DNA of 63,458 nt, filler included, from an uncultured bacterium (GTDB taxonomy: Bacteria; DYJV01), in NCBI GenBank assembly GCA_964543655.1. It is 3 parts of 3 records of this genome, joined end to end, with 100 filler letters (N's around TTAATTAATTAA, not from the genome) between each part and the next. Parts side by side here need not be neighbours in the genome. Positions count along the whole stretch, not along the records: positions 1 to 26,571 come from CAZIZE010000059.1; positions 26,672 to 40,339 come from CAZIZE010000061.1; 1 more part is not named here. The stretch is one strand, 5' to 3'. This document shows, one piece after another, positions 21,416 to 30,717 of the stretch (the stretch's first letter is position 1; every line of letters starts with the position of its first letter). The notes under the pieces were generated by a model. That model did not search any database. It had not been told where the DNA came from and was given only the letters and a program-made list of their open reading frames with translations. The position numbers were made by a program, and so were the translations under genes.

Positions 21416-22303
21416 TTACTCCAACCCAAGTTCTTTTAAAACTTCTGAACCAAAATTAACATACGATGCACCAGCTGCAATTATTCCAGATATAAAAACA
21501 TCTCTAATTTCTTCAATGGTGATTCCTATATTAAGAGCATTGAGTATATGATGTTTGAGACAATCCTTACATTTTGCGAAGCAGGAGATAGCAATTAAAA
21601 TTAATGCTGTTTCTTTGTCTGTAAGTACCTTTGTGCTCTTTATTTGATTTATAAAATCAAACATGGAGTTTTTAATATCTGGGTAATTTTTGTCAATAAA
21701 TTTTAAAATTTCAGGAAAGTATTCGCTTTTTTCGCTAATTTTTTTATTTTTTTCTATTTTAAAGATTATCTGGGTAATTTTACTTTCCACATATTGTAAA
21801 TCATTTTCATCTGGTCTGCCACTAATATCTCCAAGTAGAGAGTCTTTGTTAAATTTACTAAATTCAGGAGTTTTATATTCCCCAACAATGTATAATTCAT
21901 CAACAATTTCAAATCTCAAATGTTCTAAAAACTGCTCAATATATTTTAAAGCAGGTATAGCTTCCCTTATCCCTGTATGCATTCCACCATAGCTAACAAA
22001 TGGCACAGCATACTTCCCTGTAAATTTAGGAGATTTTGGAATGATAATACCTTTTTTTAAATAATATGCCAGGTATTTTTTGCAGAAATTCATTAAATTG
22101 ATTGAAGGTAAAAATTGAATAACAGGTGAACCAATAAAGACAATATCAAAATCAAGTATTTCAACATGTTCATTAAAATCTTTTTTGGTTTTTAATTTGA
22201 CTATTTCAGTAAAATTTTTATATTTTTTCAATGTTTCATAAATTTTTTCAACAACTTTTTCTGTATTGCCAGTAAAAGAATCGTAGAGAATAAGAGCTTT
22301 CAT
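21416..22303 (-). CDS. Flavodoxin-family protein fused to a carboxymuconolactone decarboxylase/AhpD-like domain
   Basis: YDSFTGNTEKV FMN loop, IGSPV, SYGG; C-term LTDKETALILIAISCFAKCKDCLKHH...GITIEEI. Confidence 0.8.
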   Translation of the reverse strand: MKALILYDSFTGNTEKVVEKIYETLKKYKNFTEIVKLKTKKDFNEHVEILDFDIVFIGSPVIQFLPSINLMNFCKKYLAYYLKKGIIIPKSPKFTGKYAVPFVSYGGMHTGIREAIPALKYIEQFLEHLRFEIVDELYIVGEYKTPEFSKFNKDSLLGDISGRPDENDLQYVESKITQIIFKIEKNKKISEKSEYFPEILKFIDKNYPDIKNSMFDFINQIKSTKVLTDKETALILIAISCFAKCKDCLKHHILNALNIGITIEEIRDVFISGIIAAGASYVNFGSEVLKELGLE

Positions 22304-22315
22304 CTGAATACCTCC

Positions 22316-22362
22316 ATATATTTGGTATATCTATATTTAGCATACCAAATATATATTGTCAA
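22316..22362 (-). promoter_or_regulatory. Inverted-repeat operator overlapping a sigma70-like promoter of the flavodoxin-MarR operon
   Basis: ATATATTTGGTAT-N13-ATACCAAATATAT (22316-22354); minus-strand TTGACA at 22362-22357 with TGC-TAAATA 17 nt downstream. Confidence 0.6.
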
Positions 22363-22436
22363 GTTTTAATTATTCGAAATTTTATATTTAGAAAATTAAC
22401 TTGCATAAATTAAATTTTTTTTTTATTAATAAGCTA

Positions 22437-22922
22437 ATGAAAAAAATAACATTACAACCAGTAGGGATTATTCATTCTCCTTTCAAAAGAACAGAGGATA
22501 CACCAATCCAGCCTACAGCAGCAAAAGGAGTCAAAGGGAGTATAGAGATTTATAGTAAATTTGTAGAAGGTTTAAAAGATTTAGATGGTTTTTCTCACTT
22601 AATCCTTTTATATTACTTTCATTTAATTAAAAATTTTAAATTAAAAGTTAGGCCTTTTTTAGATAATAAATTACATGGAGTATTTTCAACAAGAGCACCA
22701 GCAAGGCCAAATTCAATAGGCTTTTCTATTGTTGAACTTATTGAAATAAAAGAGAACATTCTATTTATTCAAGATGTTGATATTGTAGATAGTACTCCTC
22801 TTCTTGATATAAAGCCTTATGTACCTCAGTTTGACTATAGAGAGGCTGTTAAAGTAGGCTGGCTAAAAAGAAATTTAGATAAATTGGAAGATACAAGAGA
22901 TGATGGAAGATTTATAGAATAA
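22437..22922 (+). CDS. trmO: tRNA (N6-threonylcarbamoyladenosine37-N6)-methyltransferase TrmO/TsaA family
   Basis: PVGIIHSPF, GLKDLDGFSHLILLYYFH, GVFSTRAPARPNSIG, TPLLDIKPY. Confidence 0.9.
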   Translation: MKKITLQPVGIIHSPFKRTEDTPIQPTAAKGVKGSIEIYSKFVEGLKDLDGFSHLILLYYFHLIKNFKLKVRPFLDNKLHGVFSTRAPARPNSIGFSIVELIEIKENILFIQDVDIVDSTPLLDIKPYVPQFDYREAVKVGWLKRNLDKLEDTRDDGRFIE

Positions 22923-22937
22923 ATTAGGAGCAAATAA

Positions 22938-24767
22938 ATGAAATTTTTTAATTTTAAAAATTTTTCCATAGTTACCAAACTTTTAATAATGTATATTATT
23001 GGGCTGTCAACACTTGGGATAGTTGGTTATGGATTTTATATCTATCTTGAAATAAAAAATTATGAAATTGATAAAATGCTTTTAGAAAAGAATCAAAAAA
23101 TAGTAGAAACTACATTTTTTAATCAGGCAAAGTATCTAAATAACCTTTATAATATTCTTTCAAATATCTATTATCAGAAATTAAATGGAGATGATTTAAT
23201 TAAAGAATTTTTTAAAAAAGTTAATTCGTTAAATACAGAAGTATACTCTTTTTCTCTTGTTTCTCAAAAAGGGAAAATAATAATTACAAACTCTACAGAG
23301 ATTAAACAGCTTTCAAAAAACTATTTATTTGGAAATTTTTTAAAAAATATAGACAATAAATACTCAGAGTTAATTGACATTACCTATACAACTCCTAATA
23401 ATGAAACTTTTTATTTTTTAGGAAGATATTTTAAACCTTTAAATTATATAATTCTCTCAAATGTAAATAATATTGCGCTAAAGAAGAATACTGCAAAAAT
23501 ACTTGAGCATAAGAAACATTTGATTTACCAATCCATTGCAATGAGCTTTATAATAGGGTTTATTGCAACAATTTTTGTGTTATTGCTCTTTTACCTTTAT
23601 TTAAAGCGATTGACACTATATTTAAATGAAGTTACAACCATTTTAAGAGAGCTTATTTTTGAAGGTAAAAGTAGCAAAAAATTAAAAGAGAAAAGCCATG
23701 ATGAAATAGGAATTCTTATCTCTGCTTTTAATGATTACCTTGATAAAAGGATAAAACTCGAAAAATTTAGACAGCTAATAGAGGAGGATGAAAATATCCA
23801 TGATGTTTATTGCAGAGTTTTTAACCTCATGTCAGAGATAGAAGATGGAATTTATGCAATTTTTGAAGTTGACAATGAGAAAAATAATCTAAAGTTTATA
23901 AATTCAGAAATTTGTGGAGATTTTTGCCAGATACATACTGATATGCCTTGTTCAGAGGAAATCCTGATCAAAGCAGACAGCTGTCGTGCTAAAAGACTTG
24001 CCCAGATTATAAAGGGTAATGCTGAGTACAAAGTTTGTCCCAAATATAAAAATTATAGGGATGGATTTGCACATATATGTATTCCTATAATAATTGGTGG
24101 AACTGCTGGTAATATTGTTCACATTAGTTATAAAGATACTAAGGAAAATAGATCAAGAATAAAGCTTATTGTTGAATATCTGAAAAATGTTTCTCCTGTT
24201 ATTGAAAGTAAGAAGCTTCTTGATAATATGAGAAATATATCACTTAGAGATCCACTTACAGGATTGAATAATAGAAGATTCCTTGAAGAATATCTTGAAA
24301 TATTACTATCAGAGACCAAAAGATACAATTCTAAGTTAGCACTTTTAATGTGCGATCTTGATTTTTTCAAAAAAGTTAATGACGAATATGGACATGAAGC
24401 AGGTGATATAGTTTTAAAGCAAATATCTGATACAATTAAAAACACAGTTAGAGGCTCTGATTTGATAATTAGATATGGCGGAGAAGAGTTTCTTGTTGTT
24501 TTGAGAAATATTAATGGAGATAAAGATGCAGTTGAGACTGCGGAAAAAATCAGAAAAAATATTGAAAGTAACAAGATTAAGATTTCTCCAGGAGTTTCAA
24601 TACAGAAAACAATTAGTATAGGAGTTTCAATATATCCTGATGATACTGTTAATTTTTGGCAATGTGTAAAATTTGCTGATGTTGCATTATACAGAGCAAA
24701 AGAAACAGGTAGAAATAAGGTTGTTAGATTTGAAGCTTCAATGTGGCAAGAAACTGAAAATTATTAA
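22938..24767 (+). CDS. Membrane diguanylate cyclase (2 TM, HAMP-like, Cys-rich GAF-like, GGDEF)
   Basis: DPLTGLNNRR, DLDFFKKVND.YGH..GD, RGSD I-site, RYGGEEF. Confidence 0.92.
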   Translation: MKFFNFKNFSIVTKLLIMYIIGLSTLGIVGYGFYIYLEIKNYEIDKMLLEKNQKIVETTFFNQAKYLNNLYNILSNIYYQKLNGDDLIKEFFKKVNSLNTEVYSFSLVSQKGKIIITNSTEIKQLSKNYLFGNFLKNIDNKYSELIDITYTTPNNETFYFLGRYFKPLNYIILSNVNNIALKKNTAKILEHKKHLIYQSIAMSFIIGFIATIFVLLLFYLYLKRLTLYLNEVTTILRELIFEGKSSKKLKEKSHDEIGILISAFNDYLDKRIKLEKFRQLIEEDENIHDVYCRVFNLMSEIEDGIYAIFEVDNEKNNLKFINSEICGDFCQIHTDMPCSEEILIKADSCRAKRLAQIIKGNAEYKVCPKYKNYRDGFAHICIPIIIGGTAGNIVHISYKDTKENRSRIKLIVEYLKNVSPVIESKKLLDNMRNISLRDPLTGLNNRRFLEEYLEILLSETKRYNSKLALLMCDLDFFKKVNDEYGHEAGDIVLKQISDTIKNTVRGSDLIIRYGGEEFLVVLRNINGDKDAVETAEKIRKNIESNKIKISPGVSIQKTISIGVSIYPDDTVNFWQCVKFADVALYRAKETGRNKVVRFEASMWQETENY

Positions 24768-24941
24768 AACATTTTTAAAAATTTTGTAAAAATTTTCCTG
24801 TTCTCCAACCAGTTACGGAAGCTATCTATTTATGGAGACACAGTAAAGGGATAGCCTGTTGTAATTAGACAATGTTACTCAGTTGATAATAGAGGATTTA
24901 TAATGGAATTTTGGTAAAAAATAAAAAGCAGGAGGAGCGTT

Positions 24942-25499
24942 ATTCCATTATTATTTCAATCTATAAATAGTGGTGAAGTGGCTTTTGGTTTTTTCAATAT
25001 AGACACTGATTTATTGTTATTAGAAAATTATTTCTTTTTTGCACCTGAATTTTGTAATTGTGTAATTAATTGGTTAGAATCATCAGAATTAGAATTTGTT
25101 TTTTATATTGACGGTTACATTTTTACGTATAAAAATCAAATTGGAGACTTAATGGGAGCAATACATGGACTTAGGTTTGTTGGATTTATAGGAGAGGTCT
25201 ATAAAGTTTTTCCTTTTCCTGAGGATGTTAAAGATTTTAAGCAAAAAACAGATGGATGGAAAAATAGGCAGATTATAGAGAAAATAATATTAAAATTTGC
25301 AAAGCCAACAAAAATAGAGTGTAGATTTAAAAAAAATGGAATAATTCAAATAGGCGATTATCATTTTACCAATGAACAATTTTTTCTATTGGTAAAATAT
25401 GTATTAGAAGGAGGTTTTCCCAAATGGTTAAATGGAGAACCACCTGAATATGTGCTTAATTTAATGAGATTTAGCAAATTAAGAGAAAATTTAAAATGA
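24942..25499 (+). CDS. Conserved-looking hypothetical protein; start uncertain (ATT 24942 or GTG 24978)
   Basis: Open frame of 173+ codons (AFGFFNI..., IGDLMGAIHG, GGFPKW); strong GGAGGAG RBS at 24931-24937 precedes an in-frame ATT. Confidence 0.7.
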   Translation: MPLLFQSINSGEVAFGFFNIDTDLLLLENYFFFAPEFCNCVINWLESSELEFVFYIDGYIFTYKNQIGDLMGAIHGLRFVGFIGEVYKVFPFPEDVKDFKQKTDGWKNRQIIEKIILKFAKPTKIECRFKKNGIIQIGDYHFTNEQFFLLVKYVLEGGFPKWLNGEPPEYVLNLMRFSKLRENLK

Positions 25500-25505
25500 T
25501 GTAGT

Positions 25506-25577
25506 CAAAACATTTCAAAAATAGAAGCAACTAATATTAGTCCTAACAGTATTTGGTTATTGAAATTTTCATGGTAA
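25506..25577 (+). pseudogene. Possible eroded DUF2442-like (toxin-antitoxin-associated) gene remnant
   Basis: Startless frame QNISKIEATNISPNSIWLLKFSW* resembles the DUF2442 N-terminus as recalled (EVTNISxxGIWLL...FPW). Confidence 0.3.
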
Positions 25578-25607
25578 AAAGACCCGGTATTTTCATGAAA
25601 ATTGCCA

Positions 25608-25635
25608 GTAAGGGCTATTCATAAATTGCCAATAC
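25608..25635. repeat. Degenerate GTAG-family REP-like palindrome
   Basis: GTAAGGGCTATTCATAAATTGCCAATAC is an imperfect palindrome of the GTAGGGGCAATTCATGAATTGCCCCTAC type. Confidence 0.55.
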
Positions 25636-25636
25636 A

Positions 25637-25783
25637 GGATTAAGATTTAGAGATTAGGATTTGGGATTTAGTAGGTAGTATGTAGTGGGTAGTTAGTAGT
25701 AGGAACAATTTGGGATTTAGGATTTAGTGGATAGTTAGTAGTAGGAACTAAAAACGTTGAACTTTGAACTTTGAACGAATTTT
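25637..25783. repeat. Mixed heptamer tandem array (GATTTAG / TnnnTAG / TTTGAAC families) in unbroken 7-nt phase
   Basis: 21 consecutive 7-mers read directly; two more GATTTAG at 25821-25834. Confidence 0.85.
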
Positions 25784-25813
25784 GTCACTCTGAGGGCTTT
25801 AGCCCGAAGAGTC
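25784..25813 (+). repeat. GTCA-type REP-like element, copy 1
   Basis: GTCACTCTGAGGGCTTTAGCCCGAAGAGTC with GGGC-TTTA-GCCC hairpin; 25/30 identical to the reverse complement of 27302-27331. Confidence 0.7.
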
Positions 25814-26089
25814 CATAAGGGATTTAGGATTTAGTCGATAAAATTTTGTCAGGAAATAGGATTTAATTGTTGAGATTTAGTAATTATGAATGTTGAATTA
25901 CAATAAATTACTACAGATTATCATGAAAATTTACAAGGTTTACAAAGTGGTTAAAAAAATAAAAAAACTTGACAAAAAAATATCAATAAATTAAAGCATG
26001 TTATGCAATATTTTCAACATTCAACATTCAACATTTTAATCTTATTTGTTTTCTTTTCAAATCAAAAACTAAAATTTTAGGAGGGGGAG

Positions 26090-26571
26090 ATGAAAAGGAT
26101 ATTTTTATGCTTGCTTAGTGTAATTTTTCTATTAATGCCAGTAATTATTCATGCTGATTTAAATGATGGTTTAGTTGCTTACTGGAGTTTTGACAATTGT
26201 GATGCAACAGATGATAGCGGCAATGGACATGATGGCAAAATATATGGTAATCCTCAATGTGTTGATGGAAAAATTGGGAAGGCTTTTGAGTTTGATGGGG
26301 AGGATGATTGGATAAATACAAATTATTATCCCCAATTTAAATCGACGGACTCTTTTTCAATAAGTTTTTGGATTAAAGGTTTATATAAAGTAAATCAAGA
26401 ACCTTTTGGTTTCAAAAAAGCAAATAAATCAGGTATAGAAATTTTAACAGGAGATTCTATGGATGGTTCGTATTATTCTTCACGTTTTTCACTTTTTGAT
26501 GAAAATAATAATAAGACTATAATATATAATAATTTTTTGGATAATTATTGGCATAATTTTTTAATTATTAG
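26090..26571 (+). CDS. Secreted LamG/concanavalin-A-like domain protein (truncated at contig end)
   Basis: Signal peptide; DLNDGLVAYWSFD..ATDDSGNGHDG, GKAFEFDG.DD, SFSISFW. Confidence 0.85.
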
Positions 26572-26670
26572 NNNNNNNNNNNNNNNNNNNNNNNNNNNNN
26601 NNNNNNNNNNNNNNNTTAATTAATTAANNNNNNNNNNNNNNNNNNNNNNNNNNNNNNNNNNNNNNNNNNN
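26572..26670. other. Assembly linker (N-run, TTAATTAATTAA, N-run)
   Basis: Six-frame stop linker at 26616-26627 inside N runs. Confidence 0.98.
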
Positions 26671-27124
26671 NATCATACTCATCTATCAGTATCACTACTT
26701 TTCTATTGTACTTCTCATAAGATTTGTAAATTAGCTCATCAAAGCACGATTTATAATCTTCAAAATTATCACATTTTATCCCAAGTTCCCTTTCATTTCT
26801 CTTCATTATCCTTTTAATCTCTTTAACTGTCTGCTCCTCTGTGAGAGAATAACTACCACTTCCAAAGCTTATTCTAATAACAGGATGAGGCTTAAAATCG
26901 TATTTATCATAAATATAGAGCCCTTTAAAAAGTTCTCTACTACCAAGAAAAATCTCTGATAAAGTATCAAGAAATAGAGATTTGCCAAATCTTCTGGGAC
27001 GGGATAAAAAATAATATTTGCCAGAAGTTATTAATTTATGAGCAAAGCCTGTTTTATCAACATATAAATAGTTTTCTTCTATTATTTCACTAAAAGTCTG
27101 AATACCTATTGGCAGTTTTTTCAT
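26671..27124 (-). CDS. AAA-ATPase-like protein of the PD-(D/E)XK nuclease-associated family (truncated at contig end)
   Basis: KKLPIGIQTFSEI...YVDKT, FLSRPRRFGKSL, VILIDEYD. Confidence 0.9.
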
Positions 27125-27267
27125 ATTAATAACTTATCAAAAATTTTGGATAAATTCAAGATGTAATTAGTCGTTAGACAATAGTTAATGAAAAGAAAAC
27201 TTTACACGATAAAAAATAGCAAAATTTTATAAAATAAATATATACATATAAAAAAAGCAGTTATAAT

Positions 27268-27331
27268 GATTTTTCACCTTCGCTCTGCTCAGGGTCTGAA
27301 TGACTTTTTGGGCTAATGCCCTCAAAATGAC
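27268..27331 (-). repeat. Two tandem GTCA-type REP-like elements
   Basis: Reverse complements GTCATTTTGAGGGCATTAGCCCAAAAAGTC and GTCATTCAGACCCTGAGCAGAGCGAAGGTGAAAAATC. Confidence 0.6.
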
Positions 27332-27459
27332 AGCTTTTATGGTAAACAGGAGCACTTGTAAAAAAATGCTGTTGGGTTTTAAATTTGCTTTTGTATTATT
27401 TATTCAAAATAGTCATTTTAGGTTTTGTTGTATCAAAAATATAATTTAATTAATTCACC

Positions 27460-27492
27460 AAAAAAAAAAAGCGGGAAAATTCCCGCTTTTTT
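27460..27492 (-). terminator. Intrinsic terminator after hppA (bidirectional shape)
   Basis: A11-GCGGGA-AAAT-TCCCGC-T6. Confidence 0.9.
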
Positions 27493-29482
27493 ATTTTAAC
27501 ATTGGTGCAATAACCAATGCTACTATACTCATTAATTTAATTAAAATATTCATTGCAGGACCTGAAGTATCTTTAAATGGGTCTCCTACTGTATCACCAA
27601 CAACTGCTGCTTTATGTGCTTCAGAACCTTTTTTCTCTCCTGGTACTTCCCCTTTTTCTATAGCTTTTTTAGCATTATCCCATGCACCACCAGCGTTAGC
27701 CATAAAAAGTGCCATTGTAACACCAGTAACAGTAGCACCTGCAAGTGCACCACCAAGAGATTCTGGGCCAAGAAAGATACCAACCAACACAGGAACAATA
27801 ACAGCTGTTAAACCAGGTAAAATCATCTCTTTTAAAGCAGCTTTTGTACTAATATCAACACAAGTTTTTGGGTCTGGCTTAGCTTTTCCTTCAAGTAAGC
27901 CTGTAATTTCCCTGAATTGTCTTCTAATTTCCTCAATCATTGCATAAGCTGCTTTACCAACAGAAGTCATTGTAACAGCAGCTACAAAAAATGGCACAAT
28001 ACCACCAATTAAAAGACCAATAACTGTCATTGGATCTGCAAGGTTTATTGATTTAAGACCAACAGCACTTCCATAAGCTGAGAAAAGAGCCAGTGCGGTA
28101 AGTGCAGCAGAACCAATGGCAAAACCTTTACCAATTGCTGCTGTGGTATTACCAAGAGCATCTAATTTATCAGTAATTGCTCTTACTTCTGGACCTAATT
28201 CAGCCATCTCTGAAATACCACCAGCATTATCAGCAATAGGACCATATGCATCAACAGACATAACAACTCCAACTGTTGCAAGCATTCCAACAGCTGCAAT
28301 ACCAATACCATAAAGGCCTATTAATTTATATGCAAGAAAAATTGCAACGCAAATAAATATTACTGGCACTGCAACACTCTCCATCCCAACTGCAAGACCT
28401 GTGATAATATTTGTAGCAGCACCTGTTTTACTTGCTTCAGCAATTCTAAAAATTGGTTTAGCTGCTGTATAATATTCTGTTACAAGACCAATAATAACAC
28501 CACAAACACAGCCAAATAACACTGACCAGAAAGCTCCTGTATTAATACCCATCATTTTACATGCAATAAAAGCAAGTATTAGAAAGATAATAGCTGCTGT
28601 ATATGTACAGTTTCTAAGTGCAGTTGCAGGGTCACCTTTTTCAAAAATTTTCATAGATAATACACCAATAATGGAACCAATAATACCAACTATAATAATT
28701 ACAAGAGGATATGCCATATATGATAATCTATTTGCAGCAATAATTGTATATGATGTAGTGGCTGCTATAGCTATTGTAGCAATAACTGAATTAACGTATG
28801 ATTCAAAAATATCAGCACCTAATCCTGCAATATCACCAACATTGTCTCCAACATTATCTGCAATAACACCAGGGTTTCTTGGATCATCTTCTGGAATTCC
28901 TGCTTCCACTTTACCAACAAGGTCAGCACCAACATCAGCAGCTTTAGTATATATTCCACCACCAACCCTTGAAAATAGGGCAACAGAACTTGCACCCATT
29001 CCAAAACCATTTAAATATTGAGCAGTTGTAGGATCTCCACCAAAAATATTGTAAAAAATTCCAACACCTAACAAACCAACACCAGCTACTGCCATTCCCA
29101 TAACAGAACCACCATTAAAAGCAACATTCAAAGCTTTTGATTGACCACCATGATTAGCTGCTTCAGAAGTCCTAACATTTGCTTTAGTAGCTGCCATCAT
29201 ACCAATAAAACCTGCTATCATTGAACATAATGCACCAAAAACATAGGCAATTGCACTTTTTGGGCTAATGAAGATAGCTAATAGAATAGCAACAACAACA
29301 ACAAAAACAGCCAAAATTTGATACTCTCTTCTTAAAAATGCTAAAGCACCTTCATGAATGAGATCAGCAATTTCTTTCATTCTCTCATTACCAGCTGGCT
29401 GTTTGGCAACATAATTGTAAAGATACCAGGCAAAAATTACGCCAATTAGGCCAAAAATCCAGCCCCATCCTGCTAAACCCAT
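27491..29482 (-). CDS. hppA: Membrane-bound K+-dependent, probably Na+-translocating pyrophosphatase
   Basis: [42 protein letters not shown] (Ala = K+-dependent), [10 protein letters not shown]. Confidence 0.95.
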   Translation of the reverse strand: MGLAGWGWIFGLIGVIFAWYLYNYVAKQPAGNERMKEIADLIHEGALAFLRREYQILAVFVVVVAILLAIFISPKSAIAYVFGALCSMIAGFIGMMAATKANVRTSEAANHGGQSKALNVAFNGGSVMGMAVAGVGLLGVGIFYNIFGGDPTTAQYLNGFGMGASSVALFSRVGGGIYTKAADVGADLVGKVEAGIPEDDPRNPGVIADNVGDNVGDIAGLGADIFESYVNSVIATIAIAATTSYTIIAANRLSYMAYPLVIIIVGIIGSIIGVLSMKIFEKGDPATALRNCTYTAAIIFLILAFIACKMMGINTGAFWSVLFGCVCGVIIGLVTEYYTAAKPIFRIAEASKTGAATNIITGLAVGMESVAVPVIFICVAIFLAYKLIGLYGIGIAAVGMLATVGVVMSVDAYGPIADNAGGISEMAELGPEVRAITDKLDALGNTTAAIGKGFAIGSAALTALALFSAYGSAVGLKSINLADPMTVIGLLIGGIVPFFVAAVTMTSVGKAAYAMIEEIRRQFREITGLLEGKAKPDPKTCVDISTKAALKEMILPGLTAVIVPVLVGIFLGPESLGGALAGATVTGVTMALFMANAGGAWDNAKKAIEKGEVPGEKKGSEAHKAAVVGDTVGDPFKDTSGPAMNILIKLMSIVALVIAPMLK

Positions 29483-29502
29483 GATCCACCTCCTAAGATT
29501 AT

Positions 29503-30080
29503 TTAATTACTTCCATTGAGATAATTATACGCTAAATTAATATTTAATGTTATTGCAAGTATAATTGATAAATTGGCTACCTTTTTTCTAATGTTTTTTA
29601 ACATAATCAGCTCTTCTTCTGAAAAATCTGAAAGAACATAGTTAACAACTTCTTCTCTTTTTTCTGGTCTTCCTATACCAACTTTAATTCTAAAAAAATT
29701 ATTACTATTTAAGGATGTGATTATTGATTTAATACCATTGTGACCTCCATCTCCCCCTCTGTTTTTTATTTTTATTTTTCCAAAAGGAAGATCAAGGTCA
29801 TCATGTATAACAACTAAATTTTCTAAATCTTTTCTCTCTGCTCTAATCTTTTCTATTGCCTCTCCTGAAAGATTCATATAGGTTTGAGGGAATAAAAATA
29901 TAATACTTTTCTTAATTTTATTATAAATAAAAGTATGCTGAGCAAAAAAGTAAGTTTTTTTTTTACTATTTCCAAATTGTATCTTTTTACAATTGTGTTT
30001 AAAACTAAAAATCCTATATTATGTCTGTTATATTCATACCTTTTACCTGGATTTCCCAGACCTACTATTAGTACAGACAT
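29503..30080 (-). CDS. pth: Peptidyl-tRNA hydrolase, split by a frameshift at an A10 run (29955-29964)
   Basis: [14 protein letters not shown] in 0 frame; [29 protein letters not shown] in -1 frame. Confidence 0.92.
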
Positions 30081-30089
30081 GTTAAAAGA

Positions 30090-30701
30090 TTACTCTTCTT
30101 CCTCTGTTTCCTCTTCAACCACTTCTTCCTGCTCTTTTGTTGGAGCAGCAATTGTAAGCACAGTAAAATTCGTATCATAAATAAACTTTACATTAGGAAT
30201 CTTCAAATCTTCAATATGAACATTATCATTTATATCAAGATCAGTAATATCAATTTCTATTTTCTCTGGCAAATATTGTGGTAAACATTTAACAGTAAGC
30301 TCTTTCCTAATAATCTGCAATATTCCACCTTTCTTCACACCAACTGAAATTCCTTTAACTACTACAGGTACTTCAACTTCTATCTCTTCTTTTTCTTCAA
30401 TTGCATAAAAATCTACATGAATAGGCATTCTATAAATTGGATGTTTCTGAACATCTTTAATTAGTGCAAGATGATTATACTTTTCTCCATTATGTTCTAT
30501 TTCAAGGTTGATAAAACTATTAATACCAGCCTGGCTTTTTAAAATCTTTTTTATTTTAATTGGGTCAACTGCTATAGGGATATTTTCTTTAATATGTTTA
30601 CCATAAAAAATACCTGGAATTAACCCCTTTCTTTTCAGTTGATTTCTCTCTTTTTTTGAACTACTTGTTCGTCTTAAAACATTAAGTGTCACTTGTTCCA
30701 T
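30090..30701 (-). CDS. rplY: 50S ribosomal protein L25/Ctc
   Basis: GLIPGIFYG, KDVQKHP..HVDFY, GVKKGG; prs-rplY-pth synteny. Confidence 0.95.
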   Translation of the reverse strand: MEQVTLNVLRRTSSSKKERNQLKRKGLIPGIFYGKHIKENIPIAVDPIKIKKILKSQAGINSFINLEIEHNGEKYNHLALIKDVQKHPIYRMPIHVDFYAIEEKEEIEVEVPVVVKGISVGVKKGGILQIIRKELTVKCLPQYLPEKIEIDITDLDINDNVHIEDLKIPNVKFIYDTNFTVLTIAAPTKEQEEVVEEETEEEE

Positions 30702-30717
30702 ACTTTTCCTCCATTTA

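Noticed and set aside
17644-22303. Selenocysteine read-through in the Cys-rich redox genes
   Set aside because: No in-frame TGA at a Cys-motif position was found; these ORFs end in TAA
22938-24767. GGDEF cyclase as the dedicated c-di-GMP source for the J/MshEN-FleQ cluster
   Set aside because: On a different contig; no physical linkage can be claimed
25637-25834. Possible CRISPR array
   Set aside because: Units are 7 nt with no 23-47 nt repeat-spacer structure, and there are no cas genes
26572-26670. TTAATTAATTAA palindrome within N runs, here and at 40384-40395
   Set aside because: Artificial six-frame-stop contig linker; ORF ends at 26623/26624 and 40392 are artefacts
25784-27331. Apparent composite element bounded by inverted 30-bp repeats around the LamG and AAA-ATPase genes
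   Set aside because: Spans an artificial join between contigs; no transposase or target duplication visible
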